DNA of 64,000 nt from Macrostomum lignano (GCA_002269645.1 NIVC01002081.1:1-64000), one strand, 5' to 3'; counted from the stretch's first letter, positions 16,284 through 30,340 are shown. The notes: generated by a model not told the origin, from the letters alone. Numbers and translations are program-made.

Positions 16284-19200
16284 CTGGAATAATTCAACAA
16301 AACAGATATTGTCGAATTGTCTATGACACTGTTTGTATCTGTGTGTACCTAGACCTTGGGACTACTTAATGCTACTTTGAATTCACCTTTTAAAGCTGAA
16401 ATATAGTTCGAACAGTTTTTCAATTCACGATAAACGTTCAATAGATTCAAAATGGAGGTCTTCTATTGAATTAAAAGAGTAGAATGAATGCTAAGGCCAA
16501 TTTATCTGACTTCTAAGTTATCTGCACAGTAATACACTAATTTAATGCTTGTCATTTTCAACTTGGAATATTCCTAATAGGGTGAGGAATAAAATCACAT
16601 TTGCATTAGTGTAGTTGTCTATGGTCTAATGTCCAGATGGTTATGAAATTAATTCGGTGAAACGAGAATCGGCGAAATTAGAATTTCGGCGAAACGAGAA
16701 TCGGCAAAATGAGATTCAGCGAAACGAGAATCGGCAAAATGAGATTCAGCGAAAAGAGAATCGGCAAAATGAGATTCAGCGAAAAGAGAATCGGCAAAAT
16801 GAGATTCAGCGAAAAGAGAATCGGCGAAATGAGAGGTACCCATTTCTTGCCACAAACAAATTTAAGATTTATAAAATTTTATAACCCCCTTTCTGGACTG
16901 AAGCTTTCTAATAAAAAACGGAGACTTCTGTGGGTCCGCGACATAGACAGTGCTTGGCAGTATAAGACCGTATTTAAAAACATCTCAAGAACAAACCCGA
17001 TTCTAAATTGTCTGGAGTTGTCTGGCAGTGAGAATTCATGGTAATGGCCATAGACATGAGCGGCGATAGCCATGACTCAATTTGGCCATTACCATGTTTT
17101 CTCACTTCCAGCTAACTTCATTGGTCAATTCGTCCATCAGGATACGTGTGGGAAGGGGGAATAGTGTGTGGGGCGAAACCCCCACCAACCATAGACTATT
17201 TTATTTTACGCTCATAGACTAGTTCGTTTTCTAAAATGATATCCCGGTAAATTGTTTTATGGTCAATTTCAAACAATGACTGGTCATTGCTTGAATGTCA
17301 TTGCCTTAACGTAAATTACCATAGACATTTTGAACAATGACATCCTAGGACAGACCCATCGCGAGACATCAAACACTATTCAGAAACCAATAATGCACTG
17401 TTTTGTAGACTATTAAAGAAATTTAACGCTCTTTAAAAAACGCTGACAACCCTCTTCGGACGTGTAAAACCTTTCGAGGGTTCTGGTTTGAACTTTAATC
17501 CTAATTGCTCTGTCAAAGCGACCCTGACTTGTTCGTCTCAGCATAGAAATCCTGCACCTGAATCTAACATTGACTGGTGGGCAGTGCGTAGCATTAACGG
17601 ATCATTGTTAAAGAAGCAACAAACCTTCCAAAGATGACAGAGTAGTCTGATCCGGACTAGCTAGCCACAGGTTAAGCCGCAGGTAGGGCTCCCGACCCTT
17701 AGCGCTGAGCTGGTTCCAGGGCACTGGCGACTCAAGCAGTTCAGCGGTGGCCTCGGCTGACATTCCGAGCACTGACTCGCCAAGCTGCGCGTAGTTCAAC
17801 TGACTGCGGTTCATTGCCTGTTGAAAAGGAAAGCAAAATGTTTATTGGGGATATGCGAATAAATTCGTGAAGTTTAAAATTCAGTAATTGAATTATAGTG
17901 TCAATAGGGTCAATTGACCCCAGGATCAGCTATTCAGGTGTCAATTTTATTAATAAATGATGAATTACTTACCTCCAGCACAGCGTCGCACACCTGCTTC
18001 GTGTCAATGTCAAGCGTAATGCTGCTAGCTAGCTGGGCAATGGCGCTATCTGGGAGGTAACTGGCCGCATTGGCGCAGATTGACGACATTAGCGTCGTGC
18101 CAATGGGATCGGCGCCCGATAAGACCTTCTGCTGCTGCTGCTGCTGAAGTTGAGCCAAAGCTGCCAACGATGATGCCGACTGTCTCGACGGCATCGGCGG
18201 ATTGTTGACAATGAGGCGATTCAAAGCCTCGGGATCGTCAACGAATAGGCGCATTCGGATGAACGGTTCGCGACCTTTCTGCGTCAGCATCGACCATTGC
18301 TTTGGCCTGGCAAGCAGGTCGCTAACTGAACCCTGGCTGAGCCCGAGGACCTGAAACGCGTGGTTCAGTTGCTATGTTGGAACAAATCATAAAAAGTCAT
18401 CGTGAAGCTACCAAGGACGACTTAACTAGAAGGATGCGGAACCTAAGGAACTATATTACTTGAAGAATTGTATCTCCTGTCTACAGATCGAATAATAATT
18501 GATTGCATCTTTATTTAAAACGTGTTTAACTCGAAGGTTTAGACTTATATGAGGTTAGCTTTAGAAAATTTCTAGTCAAGATGTACCTAACAATATAGAG
18601 TAATTCTAAGAAACATACACTAACTTGATTGGGATTAGAATCATTAGATATTCAAAAGCGGGGCTTCAATTATTAAGTATCATATTGAACAAAAAGCATC
18701 TTATTAAAAGTTCGTATCTTCGTAGTTGTATTCTTTCGCGTAAAACCATCCATCATTTTTTAGGAATAGAAGTTTCCCATCCTACTTAATTCGCCCTTGG
18801 TGGCTACAGCCTACAATACAGTCAGAATTCAATTTTACCTGCTCTCCAAACAGTCTCTGACTAATGGAGTATTGATTAAGCAACTCCTTGACCTCCTTGA
18901 CAAGGTCCTCAGTGTTGAGATCCCAGTACTTCTCCACTTGCTCCTTAGTGATTGGCGGTAGAAGCATTTTACTCTGCTTCAGTGTAGACATGGAACTGCT
19001 TGGTGAAGCCCCTAGACTCAATGTGGGAAGCTGATGCGAATCATCCAACTGCTGCTGTTGCTGCTGCTGCTGAAATTCACCAGGTGACAGGAACTGCAGC
19101 GACTGACTGGAGTGCCGCTTCCTCTTCCGCGATGCGCCGCCCACCTGGCTCCGCTGATCGGCGCCGTCGTCAACTTTGACGCTCTCCATAATGAGAGAGT

Positions 19201-20453
19201 CAGATTCCAGGGCGCGCATTTCCAACGCTAGACGCTCAGCCGTCTCTTTGTCACCGTCTGCGTTGGCCTGCGCAAGAGCGCTTCTAAGTTGTTCCTATCG
19301 AATAAGGTAGTGACGTGCTCGCTAATGAATACCTGTTTCACTTCTCAAACTGATTATGTAGTTTTAAAATAGCGTATCTTTCTGCTGCACCTTTTGTCAT
19401 TAAAAACACTATTTACGAGGACTTCGTATGAGTTATGAAATATGCCACAGTCTCAGGACAAACATCAAAACTTCTTTCTAAGTTATATACCTCAGCATTA
19501 TCGACGGCTGGCAGCTATATTCTTGTTTTTAAGAGGTGTGCAACAAGAAGCTTTCGTATTTCGTACCTTCGTATTCTAAAACTTTGTGTAATTGCGCTCT
19601 TCTTTTCTTCGGTAAAGGGAATTTCACCTTGTGTATTTATATTCCTACTGTAGTAAATATTGTATTGTATAAAGTATTATTTACCTGGTAGATGCCTCGC
19701 ACAATGTCCCGCGTGGTGCCCTGCTGCCCGGTAATGCCAGCCGAGTCATCCTTCTGTGCGCTTGCTGATGCAGGCATTGGCGGAAGCAGCAACGGCTGCT
19801 GCTGCGGCTGAGGCGCGTCCATCACCAGATTACCAGAGAACTCGCCCGACTGGCTGGATGACGGGCTGGCGTCGCTTTCAAGTGTTGCTTCAGCAACGGC
19901 GTTCGAGTCATCGGCTGCCCCAGCTGTTGCAGTTGGTTGCAGAGTCAGCGAGAGTTGCACCTGCGGTTGTGTGGACTTCTTCGGCTGCTGCTGCTGCTGA
20001 CGGCGAGAGTCCAGACTCAGTAAAGACAAGGGCTCTTGATCCATTGATGAGGCTTGCTCGGAAGCTGCAGTATGTTTTTTTAGTAGTTCTCATTACTTTC
20101 CATGTTTTCAACAAAGGATGAAAACAACATACTATTAAAGGGCAATAGAAATTCATAAAAACATCATTACCCTCACCTTGATTTCCTCTCTTAATAGGCG
20201 CCATGGCTTTCAGAGCTAATACGCTGCTCTCGTCGGCAGCCCAAATGCTCATCTTTCTGTAGCTTTCTCTACCCTTCTCCGTCAGTTTATCCCATTGTTT
20301 TGGCTTGCTCAACAATTCGGACACGGTGCCCTGAGATAGGCCAAGCACCTGTTTAGCAAACAGTCTCTGGCCGATGTTGTGCCGACTGAGTAGAACTCGT
20401 ACATCAGCAGCGATCTGGTTCGTATCGAGTGGCGGCCAAAGCATTGACTGCTG

Positions 20454-20484
<31 letters not shown>

Positions 20485-20595
20485 TGCATGTTCAGCAGTT
20501 CTAATTGTTTGTCCTTATCCACCGATTTTTTCCCTCGCGAACTGGCTGTAGTTGAAGAAGACGGCTTTAGAGTTGGGTCCTTATTCGGTTGCTGC

Positions 20596-20627
<32 letters not shown>

Positions 20628-22518
20628 TTGCTGCTGCAACATCTTGAGCATATCAATACCATAGGCTCCGCCGGCGGTTGCAGCCGAAGTGAATGCAGAT
20701 GTCAAGTCAAATGCTGCACCACCAATCCCAGAGGTGCCCGGCGTAGCTAATAAGAAAGGCGCCTGCAAACTCAGCAGATGCCCGATCTGCATCTGATCGA
20801 TCAAGGATGTCGCCGAGGGCTGCTGCTGCTGCTGCTGTTGCTGATACTGACTGCTTGCTGACGTTGACGGAATGGCTGTTAAAGACAACCGAATTTACTA
20901 CTTAATTAGATCTAATTAAGTTAATTAGACAGATTAAACTCAGTATAAATAACACCTTAAGCTCGACGAGCAAAAAAAGTATTTTCTCTTCGTTGCAATT
21001 TTCCAATTTTTACTACGACCTAACTATTAACTGTATATAATTCATACCATATCAAGCAACTATCTAGGATTGAAACAAAATTCTCTACGGTAAAGATTTA
21101 AAACTACTGAATAAATAGTGCGCTCAGCTTCGTGGCCTCAAAATTATGTCAAAATTTTAAATGAGATTTCAACCATATTCGATGTACATGGACAGGTTAG
21201 CAACCACGTAATTAAGTTAACAATAATTACTTGTACGCACCTGAACTAGCGCTAACTCGGGTCTGTGGCTGTCCGAAGTTGCCAGCCTGCTGACTACTGT
21301 CTGGTTCTAGTTGAACTTTCAAGTCTGACGCCTGTTAAAGTACGCGCGCATGTAGATTTGATAGGATAGTCTCAGTTACAAGGTACAGATGGCACAATGG
21401 CACAATGATTAAATTATAATAATCAACAAATTACGAGCGTACTTACCTTCTGACGTATTCCAATCAGACCTTCGAGAAGTTGGTTAACCTGTTAGAAATC
21501 GAAGTGATAGACAGGGAATAGGTTTGTTAATAAAGCAATTTCACGATTGGGCTGCATTCAAAGTACAGAATTGTATATTGTATTATAATTGGAATAAGAG
21601 TTAATAGTTTACTCGTAAACAAAATCAATAAAGAAATAAAACTATGGTAACCATTTTCTTCGGTCTGTCACGTAATAATCTTTTTCAGAGTTTCGTCTTC
21701 TTTTTAAAGTTTTAAAATATTACTAAAAGTAGCAATGCAAAACACAAAGCATCGAGCTAAAATCGCTCCTTTACCTCAGATGCTTGAATGCAGTATCCAT
21801 CAGCGCTTTTCAAGCTTTCTTCTTGAATCTTAACGAGATGAGATTCGATTTGAGAAGCGTCCTGTGTGGTAAGGATTGTAAAAAATGCATTTATTTCGAA
21901 GAAATCTGGGAAAACTCATTCAAAGCCGACTGGACTGTATTATACTCACCCTTTCGATGCACTTTATTAAATCTTCAGGAGACAGCAGCAGAGGCATGTG
22001 ATGATTATTGGCACTGTATGGAAAAAATTAATAAATTAATTACAGGCTTAAAGTCAGGCTTAGACTTAACACAATTTTTTTCAAGGCAACTTACGAGAAC
22101 AGTCCTCGACCATTCAAAGAATCTCTGGATGTACCTTGTTTGGATTTACCTGCAAGGATGATGCAATAACAGATTGATAGAAAATAAATATAGTTTACCA
22201 AGGTATAGGATTAAATTTTAGGCCGGCATGTTGTATAGTGATAACAACGCCTCTGGGACTGGTGCCTTTGCTTTTTTGCTTTTGGCAAAAGTTCGTGACG
22301 TTTTAGCGCAATCAGTTATACTAAAATAAAAGCTAATAATTGATCTTTGAAGTCTAAAATTTCTGGAATAGGCGTAAGGAACAAAGGTTAGCCGGAGGAG
22401 GTCGAGGATAATCTAAGTGTTTTAAAATAACTTCAACACTTTACTCACATTTTTCCGAATCCATCTTCTTTTCATCGTGCAAAGTCAAAAGTGAGTTGTC
22501 GAATAGAACTCCAGTCAT
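15724..22518 (-). CDS. cut: cut/CUX homeobox transcription factor, 12 coding exons, ~1024 aa, three CUT repeats plus homeodomain
   Basis: Exons (minus): 22449-22518, 22095-22149, 21950-22013, 21775-21861, 21447-21488, 21241-21331, 20177-20875, 19685-20064, 18839-19294, 17973-18350, 17625-17817, 15724-16283. All introns are GT-AG with consistent phases; total 3075 nt, open to TAA. The five or six small N-terminal exons are less certain than the domain exons. Confidence 0.9.
16664..16830. repeat. Intronic minisatellite, 30-bp unit (two 15-bp halves) GAAACGAGAATCGGCAAAATGAGATTCAGC
   Basis: About 5.5 copies inside the last cut intron. Confidence 0.9.
17625..17817 (-). CDS. cut: cut exon: body of the divergent CUT repeat 3
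   Basis: [52 protein letters not shown]; CAG acceptor, GTTTGT donor, phases match both neighbours. Confidence 0.88.
17973..18350 (-). CDS. cut: cut exon: second half of CUT repeat 2 and start of CUT repeat 3
   Basis: [36 protein letters not shown]...[13 protein letters not shown]; GTAAGT donor. Confidence 0.95.
18839..19294 (-). CDS. cut: cut exon: coiled segment, polyQ and first half of CUT repeat 2
   Basis: [11 protein letters not shown]...[27 protein letters not shown]. Confidence 0.93.
19685..20064 (-). CDS. cut: cut exon: low-complexity linker
   Basis: Open frame ...MDQEPLSLL...[11 protein letters not shown]; splice phases match flanking exons. Confidence 0.85.
20177..20875 (-). CDS. 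cut: cut exon: polyQ tracts and CUT repeat 1
   Basis: [64 protein letters not shown]; three CAG/CAA runs. Confidence 0.95.
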
Positions 22519-24471
22519 GATCTGCAATTCAATTCCAAACGTTGTTGCTAGCGACCAGACCAGCAGTTGTCGAACTGAAAATTAGACAACAGAAGCTTTA
22601 GCCTTATTATAGTGAGATTAAAAACAGCCTTTCGTTCCGTGTCACTCAGTCTGGGTTCGCTTGGGGGAGGTGGGTGTATTTTCGATTTTGTATTCAGTTC
22701 GGCGCCATATATATGTACACAAAAATACGCCGCAACAGAAGACAAGCAATAATTTTGCCTTCCTGGAGCTGACTAGTTCTGTCCCCGATTCATGCCCGAG
22801 CCGGCCTCCTCACTCCTTCAGCCCACCTCTCCAATCCACTGACTGACTTTGCTTATGTGGCTGGAAAACCTCTCTCTCTCGGCAGCCCACCCCACTCACT
22901 CCATTAACAGCCGATCGCGAGCTATTGATTAAATGGAGGAGGGGTGGACTCTCTGCAGACGGAAAACTTTGGACTGACTGAGGAGAGGAGGGGGGTTGGA
23001 ACTGACTGACTTGGGGTCGGAGGCGTGGGGAGGGGTTGAACTGAAAAATCGTAAAATGATAGTCAAGGCAAAAGGGGGTTTGGCTTGGTGTACGGGCCCG
23101 CCTGATTTTCAGTGTCGCATACAGTTTGCGTTGTGTGTGTGTGTGTGTGACTCAATAAAATTGGGTATTGGTTCAGTCAGTCAGTTTCGCCAGCTCCACC
23201 TTTCCTTACCAAAGCCCCCCAACCCCAACTCCGGCTCCGCGCACGCGCTCTCTCACTTGCACAAGGTCCAAGTGCAAACACATGCAATGGCAATGCTAGT
23301 TTTTAAAATGGCTGACTGAAGGGATGAGGGGGGCTTTTGATTTTGGCTGGGTGTAGATTGCGTTACAAGGAAAATCGAGAATAGACAGTATTAAATAGGG
23401 GCTGCAAGCCTGCAACACTCAAGGCAAGGTTTTTCAAATTTATAAGCCCCGGGCCCGGTCCCACAATCTCTTGCCGATGTGTGTACATTAGCGCTAGAAC
23501 GCTGAATTGTGCTGTGCGCACGCGCTCCCAACCCAACTAACTATATCTTTAATCCAATAAGAGTACTGAAAAAATGACGCTTTACTTTGAGGTGTTGCAG
23601 TTCTTATTAAAAGAAGAGGTTTATTTCTTTGCTTTTTTCTCTGCTGTCGATCGAAAAAAGACTATGCAATGAGAAAAACAGACATACACAGATAGAGTGG
23701 AGGCAGTTTTAAGAGGGTTATTTGGACTAACGACTCGGTTATTTTGGTTTTTTGATTCGGCATATTTAAATTGCACACAAGGAGCTCACATCCGCATTCC
23801 CCACCATTATGCCATTCCATAACCACAGTTTTGGTAAATTAAAAACCTCAAACATCAACTTTCATATTCTCTTTTTAACTACAATTGCTTGTAAAGCATT
23901 TCTGTATTTTCGCTTCGTCAATCGTCAACATAAAAATAGTCAATAACTGCAGATAACGATTTTCAGCCAAATTGTTTACACCACCTTTTGTTGGCCCACA
24001 TGTACTCAGCAACATTGAAAAGTCGCCACTCTTTGCGCTAGACAGCAATTTCTTTTGGAACTATCCGGAAATACGAGAGAACTGAGGGGTAGCTTTAATC
24101 CGTCCAACCCTCGCACACCGCTCCCCCACTTCATTCCTCAACTCTAGTCGGCCGCGTGGCGTAGATGAGTTGCATCACTCGCAAAGATTGAGAGACTTTG
24201 CCTCATTGCCTGCACTCTCAAAAGTGGCGACCACAGACGGAATCTTCTGTGATGGCGACAGAAGATTCCAAGAGAGAATAGTCCAAGAGAAATTGCTTAC
24301 TGACGCATAGAGTGCATGGCGACTTTTTAATGTTGCTGAGTATTTGTACAAATTTGTGCAAACCAAAGCAGTAGTTCCAAGCCCAAGCGTCGTTATCCGT
24401 CGATTTAAAATGTAGAAGTACATATTTGTCAGCTTCGTCGATTGACATCGGAAACGTCGGCCCGACGTCGG

Positions 24472-24653
24472 CAGGGGCGGATCCAGAAAATTTTTGAGGG
24501 GGGGGGCAAGCTACACCAAGCACTACAACCCAATTTTGGAAAATAGACCTTACATAGTTACAGGGCAAAAAAGTATTGTCCAATTTTTTTTGGCCTCGGC
24601 TGAGGGGGGCCATAACCCCCTTGCCCCCCCCCCCTACCCCCGGTCCGCCCCTG
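24472..24653. mobile_element. 182-bp hAT-type MITE
   Basis: TIR CAGGGGCGGA(T)CC / GG(T)CCGCCCCTG; 8-bp TSD GACGTCGG at 24464-24471 and 24654-24661. Confidence 0.88.
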
Positions 24654-27600
24654 GACGTCGGATTGCTGTATACGAATTTCAATTCCAAGAGACGCAGAAT
24701 TCCACTGAAATAAACATAGCCCTGATGTTCCCTTCTGTTTTAGTGACCGCGCCGAAAACCACTACATGGAAACCTTGATAGAGTCGACTCAAAGGCTAAA
24801 GAGCACCGCGAAAGAGCACATCAAATGGAATAAAAAAACTTTTTCAGACTACTGTTTATATAAAACTGATAATTCAATAGCAATTAAAGCAATTAAATAC
24901 AGGTCCAGCCTTCACCTTACCTTCTTACTTACAGATCGATTATGCTAACGCAATGGATATAATACCAACGATTGTACGAGCGTATTTATGCGAAAATGAA
25001 ATGAAAAGCAGTACAAACTTCTGATAATATATGAGCAGTGTTTATTTCAGATAAATACGCTCATTTAGTTCGTATAAGTTTGTGCAGAAAACTCTTTCTG
25101 CTGCTCAGCGATTCAAACGCCCGAGCGGGCGCCGAGCAGTTAAATAAATCGAAAAATACCCCCGGCCAATTGCCCTCTCGCGTGGTATTGCATTCCTATT
25201 GCACTAAGCGTTCAAGAGTCGCTCTCGCTCCACCATTTTTTACTCCTGACATGAGGGGGCTTGCATTTTCCAATTGGGTATAGGGCCGGCTGCGAGTGCG
25301 TCAATACCCTCAATACCCTCAATAGGTGAAGCGCTCTCTGGTCTAATTAATAATAGAATGCTCTTCTTCTCCTGGGGGTGGGCTCCTTGCCAATGAACAA
25401 TGAACACGGCGTATTGGTAAATACAGATCGTGTGCATTGATCTGAAGTGGAGAGAGAGAGGGCTTACGCTGGCAATAGCTCGCGCACAATGCCATCGGGC
25501 AGTGGGGTCACCCCTTCCTGCCGCATTGGATTGAATCGGAATCCGAAAGACTGAGGAGAGTGAGGTTGGCGAACTTGTCTCTTATTCAATTCTTTTCCTG
25601 CCTTTTCCTGAGGCAGCCGCCTCTGCACAATTCAGATTCAGAATAAGGGGAGGAAGAGGTGGGGTTAGTTGTTAAGGCAGGACGTCGAACCGAACCGAAG
25701 CAAACTAATATTGGATTTGATTTGCGCGCCCCGCCCGAGTCTCGGCTCGAACAGAGAGAAAGAAAATGACGTGGGTTGCTCTCAGCCAAGGAGAACTCAG
25801 ATGAGAAACTGGAGAGTTGTCAACTCTTCCCCAAACCCTCGATCATTTTACATTACATGGGTATCATAAGTCTCCGTATAGCCCGTATCCTACTTAAAAT
25901 TCATGGCATTATCCAGAGTAATATTGTAAACTGGTTTCTGCAGAAGTTTTGAGCCCAAAAGTTCTACATTTTGAACTTGACGCGTTCTCAAAAGTTGTTA
26001 TTGCAGAATTTGTTTTTAATTTCTCCTGGACCGATTTGAAATTTTATAGTGACGTTTGACATTTGAAGTTGATTGATTCAAAATGGTTCTGTACTGAGGA
26101 TAAGCAACTTATACGAGCGTACGTATAGGCCGGCACTGCCTCCCTCTCAAATCCTGCTCAATTGCAATGAAGCCTTTCTATGGACTCTACTTGTTCCCAT
26201 GAACAGTTTTCCTTCGAAGCCTTCTTATCTTAGGTCAACTCACACACTCAGACTGTTTCTTTATCGCTAATCACCTTCTGTCATACTTAATCATCGTATC
26301 ATGCTTACAAAATTGTGGAATAATTAAGAATCCCAAAAATTTGTAATTTTTATGACGAGGTGATGAGGAATCAGCTAAATCAAATAGAATTATGCATGAT
26401 AGCTTTATCAAAAACGTTTTCCGTGCAGTGCAGACTCATACAGATTGCTGTAACAAATGCCTAGAAAATCTCCAGATTTTCGTTCTAAAAAGTCTCCTCG
26501 TCTTGCCGTTCCGATCGTCACCCACCCGCCCTCCAATTTCAGAGCACACGGAAAGAAAAGCAGCCGTTTTTACCTCGAGAGGGTTTTTTCCAGTTTGAGA
26601 GGAGAGAGAGGGTTGCCACAGCGTGACTCTCAATTGAATCGATAAAATGGTTTTGCAGTCTTCCAGTCGCTCGTACACCTAGGCAACTATAAACTCGGCT
26701 TTGTTTTGTTCGCATTGCAGATGAGGCGGGGACAGAGTTTATAGTGTATAATTTTAGGCATGCTTCAGCATGGACTGACTCACTTGTATTCGATTCAATT
26801 CAGCCCCCACTACCCTTATTGAATTGTTGAATTCTTGCCTCAACTCTATTCTGCTCAAACTAAATTGCTTTTCTCCACTAGTTTGTGTACAATAGCTATA
26901 AACTGCGTATAGATGGGTCTTCGAATTATAAAACGAACGCGATAGCATTCTATTTTGCTTGTCGAATATATGCATACATACTATAGGGCTCTGTATTGTG
27001 ATGAAAGACAGAAAATATGCAATGCATCAAACTATAAATCACTGTTTGCGTCAACAGTTGATTAATTTTGGCCAACAAGACGCAGGCCAGAGAGAGAATT
27101 CAGTTTTCAATTGAAGTTTTCAGCTATATGTAAATATATATAGCCTCGGAAGTTTTCTTATCGAAAAGCTTTTCTTCCAGCATTGAAGCTCTGTAGGTGT
27201 GCAATGTGCATGTTCGGGTTAAAGTATGCTATTAATCGAAATTATCAAATAAAACGCACAAAGTTCAGTTCGACGTTTTGCTTTGCATAGGAATCTATAT
27301 CCAGTAGGCAAGCGCAGTTGAGAAAGAATAAAACCAAATTGCGTATATTGTTTAATGCGCATCGATTTTCGAATATGATTTGATAGCTCATAAGTCCGAT
27401 GAAGTACTCGATAAGTCCAAACTATAGGCTTAGCTAACTACTGTGTATTCATGTACGGGTATTCAATATTCGAATATTGCACCGCTGCATCATCCGCACG
27501 CTTTTATTTTAACAGTTTTCCACTTAAGTTCTTTTCGACTCGCGATAGATCACTTACGCCGTGATGGAGAGCCATCCAGTGGAGATAAATTCTCTCTGGA

Positions 27601-28399
27601 CTCGGATATTATCGTTGTTGTTATTGAAACTTTCATAAGTTTGACATAAGGCCCCGTGTACAACAAGCATGGCTTGTACAACGTAACAACGAAATATTAC
27701 GCAGGTAAATGGTAATAGAGCACGAAAGATACTATATAGCGGCTATAGCCACAATGAGTAGCGATCTCAGGCCTCAAAGGCACCTTCATGATTAAAAACC
27801 TTTCCCATGACCCCGTCCACAGGGCCCGCAGCTGAAATTATGGCGCTCAGCTCAATGTCCACAAAGACACGCCGTTTCTGTTACGTTACTCCCCCATGAA
27901 AAGTTTAGCAGTCTACGCCAATATAAATGAAAATGATAGATCAATGTGCCTTGTGTACAAATTATGCAGCTTAAATTTACTAGCAAAAAGTTGCTTTCGC
28001 TTGACGCTAAAAAGATTACGATGCAATAAATAGAAATAAAGTAGTATCGTAAGACTATGTACAGTGTCGACAAAATTGCCCATCTAAAAATAGGGGGTCT
28101 CCTCCAGAAACTACTGACAGCTCGACTGTTATCACTACTTGGACGTGGTATCGAGGTACGTGGTGCGCTCACGTAGGAGATAGGGGCGCCAACCAATACA
28201 TCAAATGTTGGCACCCCTAAGGGTTGCGGCCCTCTCCAGTTTAAAATTCCTATACAAATTAAGCTGATTCCTCTTCTAAATCAATTTCATTTAGCGATTG
28301 ATTTTTGGTTTTGAACATTTAAGACCCAACCTAACGGTTCGATACGAGAGAAACTTACATCAATTTGCACGTAAACCATGCAACCTTGCACGTATTGTA

Positions 28400-30230
28400 C
28401 GTACGTCACCTCAATGTGCAACTGGACTAAAAAAACCGCACAGAGAATGCGGATGGCCGTGTAAAACATCTTCCCTCCCCCAATCGAACTTTTAGACGAC
28501 AGAATCCCCTTTGATCTCGTAGACCGTCCAGGGATCGATTTCGAAGGGGTGTCCGTCTTAGAGAGCTTGACTCGCCTCCACAAAACCTTGTCCCCGGTTT
28601 GGATGCGATGCAATTTCTTACCATTTTTTCGCACCAACGTGAATTTTCATGGCGGCCTTGTAGTCGTTGTCTCGCCTCTTGGCCGCCAACACTGGGAGTC
28701 CTGAACTGGCCCTCTCAAACCAGATCGGCCGGCAACGCTTCCGTGGCTCCCGTTGCGATACGTGGCGAGCCACTTTCTATAGTGCAATCCACCAGTCGGT
28801 GCCTTGGGTGCTGGAGATGCGTAGAAACTTGTTAATTCAGGCGCCTTTTGATGCGCTCCATATGGTGCCATTGGCCTCAGGATGGTACGGCGGGATTCGA
28901 CGGTGGCTGGTCCACGGACTCTTAATAAAACCGGTGAATGCTTCCGACGAGAATGGTGGGCCGTTGTTAGTCACGATCTGCTTGGAAATTCCAAACATTT
29001 GCTTCCATTGCCGATTGATTCACTCTGCGATGGTGGACTCCGATCGGATAGCGCAAATGGTGGTCCACAATCACTAAAAGTTGTCGTCCGTTGATGGGAC
29101 CGAGAAATTCAATTACTATGATGGACCACTATAACTCCGGCAGTTCGGTTTGTTGTAGTGAGGCCGCGGGGGCTTCAGCTTGATGATTCGCGGCGGCGCA
29201 CTCTACATAGACTCTTCGCCATCATTCGTTTAGCCTCAGCCGATATTCCTGGCCACCAGAGTTTGAGTTGAGTCGCAGAAAAGTTTTTGTCTCGCCTTGG
29301 TGCCTTCTTGTGAGCTAACTAAATAACGGTCGACTGTGGAGCTTCGGAGATCACACGTCGCTGGTCTTGTTAATAGAACTCCTGATAGCTCCGTTAGCTT
29401 CTGTCGAGCCGCGTCCTTTTGCCGATGTTTTCGTTCCGCAGATCCGAACTGCCGGTACGCAATGAGGACATTGCCGATGAAAGGAGGGGCCGTACGTTGC
29501 TTCCTTGACTTGCAGCAGATACAGTCCACTTAGTGTCGTTGGACGATGCTGTAGTTGGTGTTCAACATCTAGCCGAGGTTGACCATTTTTGGAATGGGTT
29601 CGGGCCTGCCGACTGAGAATGTCACGTGGAAATGGATGCGTGGAAATGGGCGCGAGCTGCGCTAAAACATGAAGGTCAGAGGCTTATGATCGGTCACGAT
29701 TGTGAAGTTTGCTACACCGCTGGGGTAGTGCCGAAACTTCTGATGTCCGTACTTGATTGCTAAGCCTCTCACTCTGTCTGCGAGTATTAGACTGGAGTGC
29801 AGACAAAGATCTACTTGCGATGCAACCGGCCAAGACGCTCCGTCGGTTGGACCACCTGGCAGAGAATTGGCACCAAGTCTTGTACAAGGACCAAGTTATA
29901 TACAGTGGTCCTTGGTATTGTAGCGTTGTAGGGCTGGCGTCAACGAGGAGTTCGGTTTGGCAGCGCAAATCAAAGAATACCAGCGTAGTGTTGCATGCAT
30001 GCAATGCGGTCCCGGACTGTTTGAAAGGCTTGTTGCTCGCTCCTGTCCGAGAGTCCCGGAATAAAACGACTGATGAATTCGATCAGGCCGAGAAACGGCT
30101 CAACTGGCTGGCTGGATCCCTTTTGCGGACAACCTTTCGCCAAGAATTTGACCCCCTGAACAGCGTATTTGCACTTTGCTAGATTTAGAGTTCGACCATC
30201 TTCTCGAAAAAGCGTTGGAGGCAGCTGGCT
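28400..30230 (-). pseudogene. Decayed Gypsy-type LTR retrotransposon pol (RT end, RNase H, integrase)
   Basis: Minus-strand fragments LAKCKYAVQGVKFL, FLGLIEFISRFIPG, TELLVDASP, IASRSLS, EFLGPINGRQLLVIVDHH.RYP, QIVTNNGPPFSSEAF, PYHPEANG; many frameshifts and stops; order RT-RH-INT. Confidence 0.82.
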
Positions 30231-30231
30231 A

Positions 30232-30340
30232 GACGACAACTGCACCTGCGCGACAACTGCCTGCGGCGAAAACTGATTGCAGCGACAACTGCCTGCAGCG
30301 AAAACTGCCTGCGGCGACAGCTGACTGTGGAGACACTGAC
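30232..30340. repeat. Short array of 15-bp GACAACTGCCTGCGGC-like units
   Basis: About six degenerate copies adjoining the Gypsy relic; similar to the arms of the 30609-31593 element. Confidence 0.7.
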
